DNA from: Trichinella spiralis
Taxonomy: Eukaryota
NCBI RefSeq assembly: GCF_000181795.1
Contig: NW_003526943.1
Location: 3,092,707-3,156,706, forward strand
Direction of reading: 5' to 3'
DNA: 64,000 bases
In this document: positions 14,790 to 26,502 of the stretch, piece by piece
How positions within the stretch are numbered: position 1 is the stretch's first letter
Layout: the number at the start of each line of letters is the position of its first letter
Notes under the pieces: model-generated
Told to the model about the DNA's origin: nothing
The model's database searches: none
The model's input: the letters and a program-made list of their open reading frames with translations, nothing else
Program-made: the position numbers and the translations under genes

Positions 14790-15076
14790 GGGGTGGTTTT
14801 ACTCGGTCCCGCTTTTCTCTCATTGGTCTTTGCCCACGCTATTTTATTAGACCGTCAAATCTTTGTTGTATTGGTTTTCATTTTATTTGGCCGTGAAGTC
14901 TTTGTCGTAATGGTTCTCTTTGTTTAATTCCTCAGTGAAGTCTTTGTCGCATTGGTTTTTTTTGTCTAATTGCTCATTGATTCAAACTCTTCAGTTGTGA
15001 TTAAGATTTGACGGTCCAATAAAATAGCGTGGGTAATGACCAATGAGAGAAAAGCGGGACTGAGTAGTACCAAACC
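14790..15076. mobile_element. Non-autonomous Mutator-type MITE, copy 1
   Basis: Long imperfect terminal inverted repeats (TIRs): GGGGTGGTTTTACTCGGTCCCGCTTTTCTCTCATTGGTC ... GACCAATGAGAGAAAAGCGGGACTGAGTAGTACCAAACC. Exact 9-bp TSD GAAAGACAA at 14781-14789 and 15077-15085. Confidence 0.92.
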
Positions 15077-16142
15077 GAAAGACAACCAGACGGCTGAACT
15101 TTGACATGCAGAAACGTGGGACGTATAAAACAGCCTGGAAATAGCAATGTAGGTCCAATAGAGGAAGCAGCAGCCGATGAGAGATTGGGCGTGGTGTCTG
15201 TTTTCAGTGTGTTGGTTGTATTGTGCGCTGCGAGCAGCTGTGTTGTTGGAATCTTGTTGTCTGTGCATCATAACGGCCAGTTTTGGAAATGCCGCTATTG
15301 TTTAAAGAAATAGAGTCCACTGCTCCTGAGAGTCAGAATAGGGTCTGCTTTCAGTGTGTTGTTTGTTCGCAAGAAACGCAGTTGTTGCAACAGAATCAGA
15401 GTTGCAACAAAAAGCTGCTCTCGTAATTTTGCGCCTTTAAAGCAAGAATAGTAAGCAACTTCAGCTCAATTGAAACCAGAGGCAGTCAGCAAACTATTAA
15501 AGCGCTGTTAAATCATAATGTGCAAAAAATATGAATTGTGAGACATGAACAGAATTGTATTTTTTTTCTTGGTTATTCTGCTTTAAACAGAAATAATCAT
15601 TTAAGCTTCCTAATATGCATTAAAAAAAACAAAGCTGATGATATTGACGAGAACACGCACAGCGGCCTTAAAGCAACCAACTAATTCAGACTAAAATCTA
15701 ACCAATAGTGAAAAGGTTAGAAATCATCCAATCACAGATCCCAAAACTTTTCCTTTTTTCTATTCATGTTTTCAAATTGCGACGTATTTAATTGTATGTT
15801 TCACACACATTAATTTAGTTTAGTAAAAATTATATTTATCAAGCAGTTATTAAAATAACTATATAAATCCATATTAAAATTTTCTAAAAGAATTTAATGC
15901 AATTTACGTTTCTAAAGCAGATTTTGGGTAAATTATTACAAATTAAATAAATAATTTAAAGTATTTTGCTAATTTATTAATAATTTTAATTAATTAATGC
16001 AATAAATCATGCTTTTATGGAAATATATGCAGTCTGCTAAAACAAGTGAGCTTTAAATAAATTTAATACTTAATTTCTATTTACTGTAACTTACATTTCA
16101 TTTGAGGTGGATGCTGCATCTGTTTTCTGTGTGTTTTGTAGA

Positions 16143-17627
16143 ATGGCGGAATCGGCTTACTCTAAAATTAGAGAAGATGTATCAAAAACGAAGCGTTGTG
16201 GTCATTACGATACTTTGCGACAGGAATGTCTTGCAACAATTATGAATGACGTAGGTTATTCTTACACTGTTGTAGTATATGTTTTTTTTAATTATATCAT
16301 TTTGCTTGACGTTTAATGCGCAAAACTTTACGAGATTTTCCTTCAATTCATTAATATGTTTTTAATAATAATGGTTTTAAGTTGATATTACTTTTTCTTA
16401 AATGGATGCATTTGTATAAGCAAATTTTAAGTGAATATTGATTCCCTTAATTTTCAAATAAATAAAGTTTCTTCTTATTTAAGGAATGAAAATATGATTT
16501 TTGTTATATTTTATTCTAGGTTCCATTTAAAACAATTGAAAATCGTCTTCGTAACTTATGTGAAAAGATTCTACGCGACATAAGTTGGAATCCGACTTCT
16601 AACAAAACTGCTGTTCGTGATGAAATGGAAGTCAGACTTAAAAGGTGTGACAGTACTTTTTCACTGTTTTCTTTTACATTGTACTTTTGTAGGGAAGACG
16701 GATTTACTCCTTCAGTTAATGCACTGGTTCGTAAATTTATTGCCACGCCACATTTTCAAGAAAAAGCGAAAAATATAATTAGAGAAGTAGTTATGAGTTC
16801 GAAGGATGCAAAGGAATCAGATTCAGGTGAATTGTTCATGAAATTTGAATTTTTTTATTTTCATGCTTTTTTCAGCTATTGGAACAGCATCATCAACTAC
16901 ATCTGTTAATAACCTGATGTCAACTACTGTTAGTGCACCTATGGCGATTCATACAAATTATAATATGCTGATGAATTCGGCTCCTGCAACTGCAGCATAT
17001 CCTTTTATGGGTGCAACACCGGGAAATGTAAACTATAATCAGTTTTTGGGTGCAGCTGCTGCATCTAATGCAGCTTATGCATCGTTCATGGGTCCATCCG
17101 CAGAAGTTCCACAGTTTGGTTTGTATCCAAATGCGCCTTATGTTAGGCAGAACATTCCACAAGTTGTACCTATGCAACCTTATTATCAACATTTATCGGC
17201 TGGAACGCACTTACAAAATTTTGCACCATTTTTTACTCCTGTGCCACAAACGGTATCCTTCACCAATCCAGCTGATGCTACAAAACAAGCAATGACAAAT
17301 GTCACCACCAACAATACGACAACAACCGTAAGCAACCAACAACCAATAACGAACGCGATGCCAAATGTTCCAACTGTACCAGGGGCCGCTTACGCTTCCA
17401 TGTTTACAGGAATTCGTCCACCGGGTTCGGAATTTTTTAATTTCAATCCATCGATCGCTTTTGGCTGGAACCCAATGAATGCTGGCGTTGTACAGAGCAT
17501 GCCAGCAGGGGTGCCGCCTGTTAACACTGCATTGCCGATCGTCGGGCAACGAACTATGCCCCCGACGACTACTGCTCATTCGGATGTAAAATTTCGAATT
17601 AACTTAACAACATCGCAAGCTCAATAA
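16143..17627 (+). CDS. BOD1/Shg1-domain protein (COMPASS-associated family) with a low-complexity A/P/N/M-rich C-terminus, 4 exons
   Basis: Spliced N-terminus KRCGHYDTLRQECLATIMNDVPFKTIENRLRNLCEKILRDISWNPTSNKTAVRDEMEVRLK resembles the recalled BOD1 pattern KSxGLFDxFRRDCLAD..W.P.LNKNQLR. GT-AG introns; large terminal exon ends with TAA at 17627. Confidence 0.7.
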
Positions 17628-18109
17628 TGATTTTTACTGTTGTATGATGTTGTGAGTGTTACATTTTACGCTTTACAGTAGATTGCCATTGGCTTGTTTT
17701 GTCTATGCACAATTTTGCATTTGCGCATAGCAGTTTTGACATTTGATCTACAAAAAAGAAAGTTATAATATCTGCGTTTTGTAATGTACAACATTTTTAC
17801 GTTGATTGTTGTACTTGAAATCGAAATAAAATCACTTTGTACGTTTTGCTTCTTCATCTAAATATGTTTGCTGCTGCGTTTTAATTTTTTTAAATTGAAA
17901 CTATTTTTAAATATAGAGACTGTTAATTATGAATACATTAATATTTTCAGCAATCAATTTAAACACTAAATCATCAGATTCAATATAATGTGACAAATAA
18001 AAACAATTGGAAATAGTTCAAATATTTTAAAATTTTGGTTATTATTTTGAAGATCACTTAATGAACAAAATAAAGTACTGAAAAATAATGAACAAGAAAA
18101 CAGCGAATA

Positions 18110-18360
18110 GGAGTGGTTTTACTCGGTCCCGCTTTTCTCTCATTGGTCTTTGCCCACGCTATTTTATTAGACCGTCAAATCTTTGTCGTATTGGTTTTCC
18201 TTGTCTAATTGCTCAGTGAAGTCTTTGTCGCATTGGTTTTTTTTGTCTAATTGCTCATTGATTCAAACTCTTCAGTTGTGAGTAAGATTTGACGGTCCAA
18301 TAAAATAGCGTGTGTTACTGTTCTCTATGAGAGAAAAGCGGGACCGAGTAGTACCAAACC
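18110..18360. mobile_element. Mutator-type MITE, copy 2 (internally deleted)
   Basis: Same TIRs as copy 1; exact 9-bp TSD CAGCGAATA at 18101-18109 and 18361-18369; about 36 bp shorter than copy 1. Confidence 0.92.
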
Positions 18361-18379
18361 CAGCGAATATGTCAAATGT

Positions 18380-18657
18380 NNNNNNNNNNNNNNNNNNNNN
18401 NNNNNNNNNNNNNNNNNNNNNNNNNNNNNNNNNNNNNNNNNNNNNNNNNNNNNNNNNNNNNNNNNNNNNNNNNNNNNNNNNNNNNNNNNNNNNNNNNNNN
18501 NNNNNNNNNNNNNNNNNNNNNNNNNNNNNNNNNNNNNNNNNNNNNNNNNNNNNNNNNNNNNNNNNNNNNNNNNNNNNNNNNNNNNNNNNNNNNNNNNNNN
18601 NNNNNNNNNNNNNNNNNNNNNNNNNNNNNNNNNNNNNNNNNNNNNNNNNNNNNNNNN
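18380..18657. other. Assembly gap (N run)
   Basis: Run of N bases; a second 10-N gap lies at 19625-19634. Confidence 1.
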
Positions 18658-19774
18658 AAATTTGGTTGCATTTTACTTCTTCACATCTATGCTGATCAGC
18701 AGACGGTTTTCATAGAAACTTTTCTGCTATTCGATGTAAGCGCTTCACAACTAAGCAAATGTATAGTAGAGAAATTTCCATTTTACAACAACAAGCAAAT
18801 CAGAACTTTATTACAATATATACCATGGGCAAGATGGGCAATACAACGATAACGTGGAAAAAGTCCATTTCTAAACTTGTGGACTGTTCCACGGCAACCA
18901 TCTAATCGTTATGTTGAAAAAATGGATTAGCTGTAATATTACAATAATAATGTGCTACATTAAGCCATTGTTTGTATGTTTATTCACAATCCGTATTTGT
19001 CATTATGATTTGTGCACTTCAGCGTATGGCATCTCCCTTTGTGTATTGGCTTATGTTGGTTCTTTGAGATACAAACTGAAATTCATTATTATTTATTCTC
19101 ATCATTCAAAAACACATCTCAAACCTTCGACACGAAAATTAATACAAGCGAATGATAAGCACTGAGGAGTGAAATAAATGAAAAATAGAACTGGCGGTCT
19201 TGTTCTTTACAAATTATATATCTTGATTATCCAATTGCATTATTCTACAAAAATACAGAAGCAACAAATGAACAGCCTAAAAAAGGAGATAACTGAACAA
19301 AGAGATGTTAAATAAACGTGTTTATCTAAGTCATTTTTTGTTTTCATAATTTGACATGTAATGACTTTTTTACGAATGGCAACAGAGCAAAAAATATTAT
19401 TTTTTTTTGCTTTTCAGTTTTGGTTTGCTAAAATCAACAGAATTTCGAAATTGCCACAGATATTTTTTGGATCTGGAATGTTGAACCCACGGTAATACCA
19501 AAAATTGCAACTTGAATTGTTTTAATCCACCCAGTAATCCGGTTTTATTTTTTAGATTATTGAAAGAATAAATTTTAATTACCAATTTCACACCTAAAAT
19601 GGTATATACCCAACAAGATTTTTTNNNNNNNNNNATGCTACAAGAATATTTGATCATAAAAATAGTGCCGTAGTAATGTAAATTCATCTAGAATTTTTAC
19701 TCTGTAAAAAAGTATGACATGACAGTTTTGTGCAATAATTTAACAAGTTTTAGATCAGAGATAGTGAATGAATG

Positions 19775-20061
19775 GGTGTGGTGATACTCGGTCCCGCTTT
19801 TCTCTCATAGGTCTTTGCTCACGCTATTTTATTAGACCGTCAAATCTGTGTTGTATTGGTTTTCATTGTATTTGGCCGTGAAGTCTTAGTCGTAATGGTT
19901 TTCGTTGTCTAATTCCTCAGTGAAGTCTTTGTCGCATTGGTTTTTTTTGTCTAATTGCTCATTGATTCAAACTCTTCAGTTGTGATTAAGATTTGACGGT
20001 CCAATAAAATAGCGTGGGTAATGACCAATGAGAGAAAAGCGGGACCGAGTAGTACCAAACC
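19775..20061. mobile_element. Mutator-type MITE, copy 3
   Basis: Near-identical to copy 1 over 287 bp. No simple 9-bp TSD; instead flanked by a ~90-bp direct repeat (19686-19774 and 20062-20151). Confidence 0.9.
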
Positions 20062-20878
20062 TTCTTGAATTTTTACACTTTGACAAAGTTATGACATTTC
20101 AGTTTTGTGCAATAATATAACAAATTTTTGATCAGAAATATTAAATGAATGTTATTACTTGAACATATTCATATTGCAAAACTAGGCAATAAAAAATTGT
20201 AACCACCACACTAAATAAGTATGCATAATCATAAACTAAACACTCAAAAACTGACAGTATTTTAGCTACATCTTTATACTTTTACATTTAAAACAAAAAC
20301 GTATTATTCTGGTAATAAAATTTCACGCTACTTATTCAGTGTTCTGCAAAACAAAGTTTGCACATACAATTACTGCTAACATCACAAAATATATCTGCCA
20401 GCACAATGTGTCAACAGTTTCAGAAAATTAATAGTACTACTCAAACGTTAAACATTTTAAACGTAAACAGAATATTTGATAATCAGGTACATTGTTTACT
20501 GTGAACACTACGTTGGCAAAACATGCTAAATTTTGAAATACATTTTCCATTAACATTTAACGCTTTGTATAATGAATTCTGTAGAATTTACTTAAACAGC
20601 AAAGTAAACTTCACTCATTTTTATTTATTTATTTCCTGTCTGGTTTCAACACTAAAGTGGTATTTTAGGAAATTTGTTTAGTTGATTCAGCATTTTAGAA
20701 GCTCACGAAGTTCAGATTCCATCATCAATATTACAGATTACGTTCACAAAAGGTGAGCCGATGGCAAGAGTGCATGTTTTAAAGAAAAATGTCAGGGCAT
20801 TCCCATTCCTGGTGCACCTTTCACATTTAAGTAATTATTATTCTTCATTTGAAAGTATTTTAGTCCTGTTATTTTAAA

Positions 20879-21926
20879 ATGAGCTCAGCAACTAATGATC
20901 AAATTGAAGAAGCAAAAAAAATCGCTGCCTACACCTGCGTTAAAAATCACGTTCAGGTTAGCGTTTTACTGCTCGTTATTCGCATGTTTAATTCGCCTGT
21001 GAAAGAATAAAACTCCATTGAATATTATAAGTAGTAAAGAAAAACTTTTTTTTCAATGATATTCTACCTTTTCTGGGAAATGAAAATCCTATTTCAGAGT
21101 GGTCAAGTAATCGGTGTGGGCACCGGCTCAACTGTGGTTTATGTAGCGAAATGTTTGGGCGAAATGTACCTTAAAAAACAACTTGAACAAATTGTTTGTA
21201 TTCCCACATCTTACCAAGCTCGTACACTTATACTTCAAAATGGTCTTCCGCTTGGAGATCTTGAATTATATCCTGTTTTGGACCTGTGCATTGATGGAGC
21301 TGATGAAGTCGATGAAAATCTTAATTGCATTAAAGTACGTAAAAGAAATGATATAAAAATAATTATTTCTTACTTTGTTGGTTGCCATAGTCAGAACTGT
21401 AATTTTTTTAATATATTTTGGGATTTACGAGATAATTTTTCAGGGAGGAGGAGCTTGCCTTACACAAGAAAAAATAGTGATAAACTCGTCGAAGTATTTT
21501 TATGTGGTTGCTGATTCGCGAAAGATATCCAAAAAATTAGGCGACAATTGGAGGCACATACCGATTGAAGTTGTGCCGATGGCTTACATGCCTGTGAGGA
21601 GAACCATTGAAAAAACCCTTGGTGGTACGTGCAATTTGCGCATGGCAGTTCGTAAAGCTGGTCCAGTTGTAACGGACAACGCAAATTTTGTTTTGGATTG
21701 GATATTTCCGAAAATAGATAAAAATGTGGACTGGATTTCAATCCATAATACGATTAAGTTAATTGTTGGTGTAGTTGAGACTGGATTATTTATTAGATTA
21801 GCACAGAAAGCATATTTTGGCAAAGAAAATGGCGAAGTTTGTGAAATGTCTGCGAACGAAGAACGCTTGATCAATCGCTTACCATTTCCATCAGAGTTTC
21901 AGCAGAATGGTTCTATTGTGCCTTGA
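20879..21926 (+). CDS. RPIA: Ribose-5-phosphate isomerase A, 3 coding exons
   Basis: Motifs AKKIAA, VIGVGTGSTV, CIPTSYQ, DLCIDGADEVD, IKGGGACLTQEKIV, IPIEVVPMAY, GPVVTDNANFVLD, GVVETGLF. Confidence 0.95.
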
Positions 21927-23750
21927 ATTTTTCACTGTTTTTTTCAGTTAATTATTCCCGCTTCCATGCTATAATGATTAATTAAATATGAATTTTTGGT
22001 AAAAACGTTTCTAAAATTTAAGGACAGTATGAAATGATTTGCAAGTATGTTAATGTATGCATATATATAATTTTGCATTTGTGCATGCTGAATACATGAA
22101 TGAATTTAATTTTTCAGCTGTGTATTGTTTTTTAACAAAGTCTTGTCAAATTCTTGAAATATAACAGCATTCTGCAAAATTTAGTTTATTAGGAAAATTA
22201 GAATATAAATATGCAAATTGGTATAAAAATTAAATTGTAGTTGATAGATAACTTTTACTGTTTAGTGAAAGTTTTCCTGTTTACTAATTGCACATGTTAT
22301 TGTAACTGTTGGCCTTTTAGCAATTTATGTAGTTTTACAGTTGTAAGCTTAACTTTGGAAAACCTCTATACGATATGGCTGATGGCGTTTTATGAATGTA
22401 AAAGTTTATATTTATTATACAGCTAATAATAAAATAAAAAATCAAAGAAATTGAGATAAAATACGCATAATGAAAGACAGTGAAGAAAAATAATATTGCT
22501 ACAATAGTGCTGTAAGCTGTGGTTTTCAAAAAATGTTATTTCTTCTACTGAAATTATGAAGTTGAATTATGAAAACATCACAGATCATCATATTTGTCAA
22601 GGGTTATCCAACATTATTTAATAGAACACTGCACGAAATATTTGTCTAGTAATACTGACAAACAAGTAAAAACAGTAATACTGAAATGCTCAAAAGTTGT
22701 AAAAAAAACTGTTTCTTTCTAAGAATGTTTTTTAAGGTAAAAAGAGCTTTTTTGAATGTTATAAATAATGTGTTTGTAGTTTTTAAAAACGTGAATAAAT
22801 AGTAATTTTAAAAAGTTACTAAGATTTGCTAGTTAAAAGTGAGAAAGCTCTGTTTTTGTACAGCGATGTAGTTTTAACAGTATTCTAGTAGTGAAATAAA
22901 TGCTAACTACGTTGGAATTATTATGCTAATGATGATTTTTTATTTTACTTCTTTTGATGATAACACTGATAAAGAAATTCACAGTTTCATGTTTGCATTC
23001 AGTTCTGCAAAATAAAGGTTCTAGGTACATGTTAGAATTTTTTTATAGTGCTGATCAAATTTTTATTAAACTGTATAATAGATATTTGAATTTATATCTT
23101 GTAGCAAAGATTATTAATTTGAAATATATGAGTCACTGATTAGATTTAAACTAAATAGAAACAGAATATCATTTTACATTTCCTGATAAATTGTTTTTAA
23201 GTTATTCAAAAATTTGTATTTATTTTTTAAAAATAAATATCAATTAATGTGGAAACAATTTCACCGTAGTCAATCTTTCAATTAGAAATTTCAGTAAATA
23301 TGTAAATAGTAAATAAATTTTCATTTAAAATTTAAAATTGTTAAATACGATTAGTTATTTATCATTTCAAATGTAAACAAATAAATAAGACTATATTAAT
23401 AAACAGATGATATATACAGATGGTCATATCAAACGGGAAATGTTAAAATAAATAATAAAGAAAGAATAGAGTTAATTCACTTGTTGGACAATGAATAATC
23501 AACATTTTAATTGAAAACTGAAAGCAATTATTATATGTTCAACATGTTTCAAACAATGTAACTTTGAGATATGCTGCAAATGGTACATAAACAAGCCCAC
23601 ATATTTTCCAATCAGAGGATTAAACAGTAGTTGTAAACTTTTGTTTCCGTGTGAATTAACAATAGAAAATGAATGAATGAAATAGAATTACTTATTAATA
23701 AATATATTCATCTGAAACTTGTGTAGTTTGCACTTCAATCGTATTTCAAA

Positions 23751-26502
23751 ATGCATCTAACTGTTTTTGCTGTGATTTCTTTATTCGCATTTTCTTTTTT
23801 GACAGAAGGCAGAGTAAGAAACTTTCAAACTGTGCAATGCAAGTGAAATTCGTCAATATGATTACTTTAGAGCATTTGGAATGAAATGAAAGAACATTCA
23901 CGTGTTAGCAAAGATACGATTCAGGCGAATATGGAATTTATGCAAAAATTAAAAGCACAGATGATGGACACTTCTCCAAGAGAAAACAAATTCAGAAAAC
24001 GCATCATTGTCAGTTTGTTTTTAAAATGAAAACACCAAATAATCGTTTTCATCATTTCTAGGTTGATAAAAGCGATGAAAGAAAGCCATTTGAAAATTCT
24101 GAATTATTTCAAACTGACGTTATGCTTTCTAAGAGTGATATTGAAATTTTATCCGATGAACTTCTTCATGACAAACAACATAAAAAAAGGTTTCCTTTGA
24201 TTTTTTGAATTTAAACACAATTATATCGATGCTTAAGTATGAAATGAACATTTTTAGCAGATCGTCAACACGTTCAGGAATTATTAAAGATCTGAATAAC
24301 CGTTGGCCTACTGTAATTCCTTATAAGTTTGAAAGCAACGCTACAGTTGAAGGTACGTAGGTGAGCTGTCTACGCAGAAAATTGTTATTTACTACTTTTA
24401 GACGAAAAGAATTCACCCGTAAATGAAAGCCAAGTAGAATTAGGCTTAAAATGGTGGGAAGAACACACGTGTCTCACTTTCGTTAGAAATGATAATCCTT
24501 CTGAGGATACAGATTATCTAACATTCATTGATGATGAGGGGTAAGATTCGTATCAAGGAATTTCATATTTGCTGAATAAGCAGAATTTATTTATAGCTGC
24601 TGAATTTTGACCTAATTCTTAAAATTTATTTAATTCAAGAATTTCTCAATTTATAAATCAATTCGTTTTTTTTCATTAAAAAATTCTGAACTTTAAGTTT
24701 TACAAAACTTTAAAATAAATAAAGTAAAACGTTTTGCAAAAAATCAATGTAAAAAAAGAAAAAGAAATCTACTTGAAGTACAATTCATGTTTGAAAATAT
24801 TGATTATTAAAGTAAGTTACATTGCTTCTGTTATTAATTTCTTTTTAATACAGAAATAGATGTATTTACGTCATATTCCGTATGTTCATATTGTAAATGT
24901 CGGATTACTTGCTTCTGAATAAATATATATAATATATTTGATGTTATTTTTGATTCATTTTACTTTCTTCAGCTGCTGGTCTTATATTGGTAAACAAGGT
25001 GGAAGGCAAGAAGTTTCCCTTCCAGGTTACTGTAGTCCGTTGTATGTAGTTACCCATGAAGTAGCTCACGCTCTCGGACTCCATCATACACAAAATCGCC
25101 CAGACAGAGACAGATATGTTTATTTAAACCATACAAATATTAAATCATCAAAAGCCTACAATTATCGACTAACAACATTTGATGCTGTTGATGTAGAAGA
25201 AATTCCATATGATTATCAGTCAGTCATGCACTATCCGAGCAAAGTAAAATGAATTCTTTAAAAAACTAATTAATATAATATATGATTTCAGGGTTTTGCT
25301 CTGGATAATAACTATGATGTCATAATATCTAGAGATCCATTGTATGCTACAAGCTTTGGATATCGAGAAGAACCTTCTTTTTATGACATCAAATTGGTGA
25401 ATAAACATTACTGCAGCGGTAAATATATTTAAAAAATGTAAATGCAATTGCTGAAGCAATGTGCTATTTAGAATCATGCTCCCATATAAGAAATAAATGC
25501 AAAAACGGTGGTTATCCAAATCCAAAATACTGCAATACATGCATTTGTCCATCATTCTTTGAAGGAGAGTTTTGCCAAAATGTAAAAAGTAAATTACATG
25601 TTCCTAATGATTATACATTCTCTTCAATGAATTGACATCAATATTTTATACAGGGACAGATGATCCAAATTGTGGACAGCATGTGATTAAACCTACTTCA
25701 ACTCCATACAAATTAAATATCACAGGACGTGCTGACTGCATTTGGAAAGTGAAAGTGAGTAGTCAGTATTACCTGGCAAGTTTTAATTTAGTAAATGCAA
25801 AATATTTAGGTTCCAAAAGGTCATACAATTCAGTTTTGGTTTTACAAGTTTGAATTTTCATGCAACAAACCCTGCACAGACCATTATTTTGGAATTAAAT
25901 ATAAAAAAGATATGGCCTATTCAATGGCGCTGTAAGTGACCACAGTTTCTTAAACTAAAATTCACTAATTGAACAGTCAAATCATGAAGATTGTCGTCAC
26001 TCCATTATGCAGCAGTTTTGGAAATATAATTCAACTTATTTAATACTTTGCTATTTAGCTTGTGCTGTGATAATCCCGGGACAATTCAAACAGAAGGCAA
26101 TGTCGCTATCTTAAAATACAGTGGAACTTGGTCTACAAGAGGAATTGAGTTGTACATGCGGCAAAGTATGCATTTATATAATTAATACATGATGTAATAA
26201 TTAAATATCATATTAAAGATTTATTCTAAAACTGTAAAAACGGGATTTTCATGTTTTATTGTTTAATTATAGAAAAACAGTTAATTTTGAAATTCTAAAA
26301 TATCTGAAAATGCATAATAGTAAATAATTTCAAAATTAAAGGCTAGAATTTAGAATTTAGTTAATTATGTGTCTGTTTTATGACAATTTTATTATTATTT
26401 CCTTTTATTAGACAGGTATAAATATAAGCAACATATTGTAAAATGTAAATAGTTGCTTACACTTACTTTGATGTTATTTCTCTTATTTTTCTTTTAGTAT
26501 GA
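23751..26502 (+). CDS. Secreted astacin-family zinc metalloprotease (signal peptide, pro-domain, astacin, EGF-like, CUB-like)
   Basis: Signal peptide MHLTVFAVISLFAFSFLTEGR; zinc motif HEVAHALGLHHTQNRPDRD; Met-turn YDYQSVMHY; EGF CKNGGYPNPKYCNTCICPSFFEGEFC; CUB-like DCIWKVKVPKGHTIQF. The last exon and stop are uncertain (between 26165 and 26502). Confidence 0.9.

Noticed and set aside
18312..18852. ORFs of 99-158 aa in the ORF track
   Set aside because: They are open only because they span the N gap.
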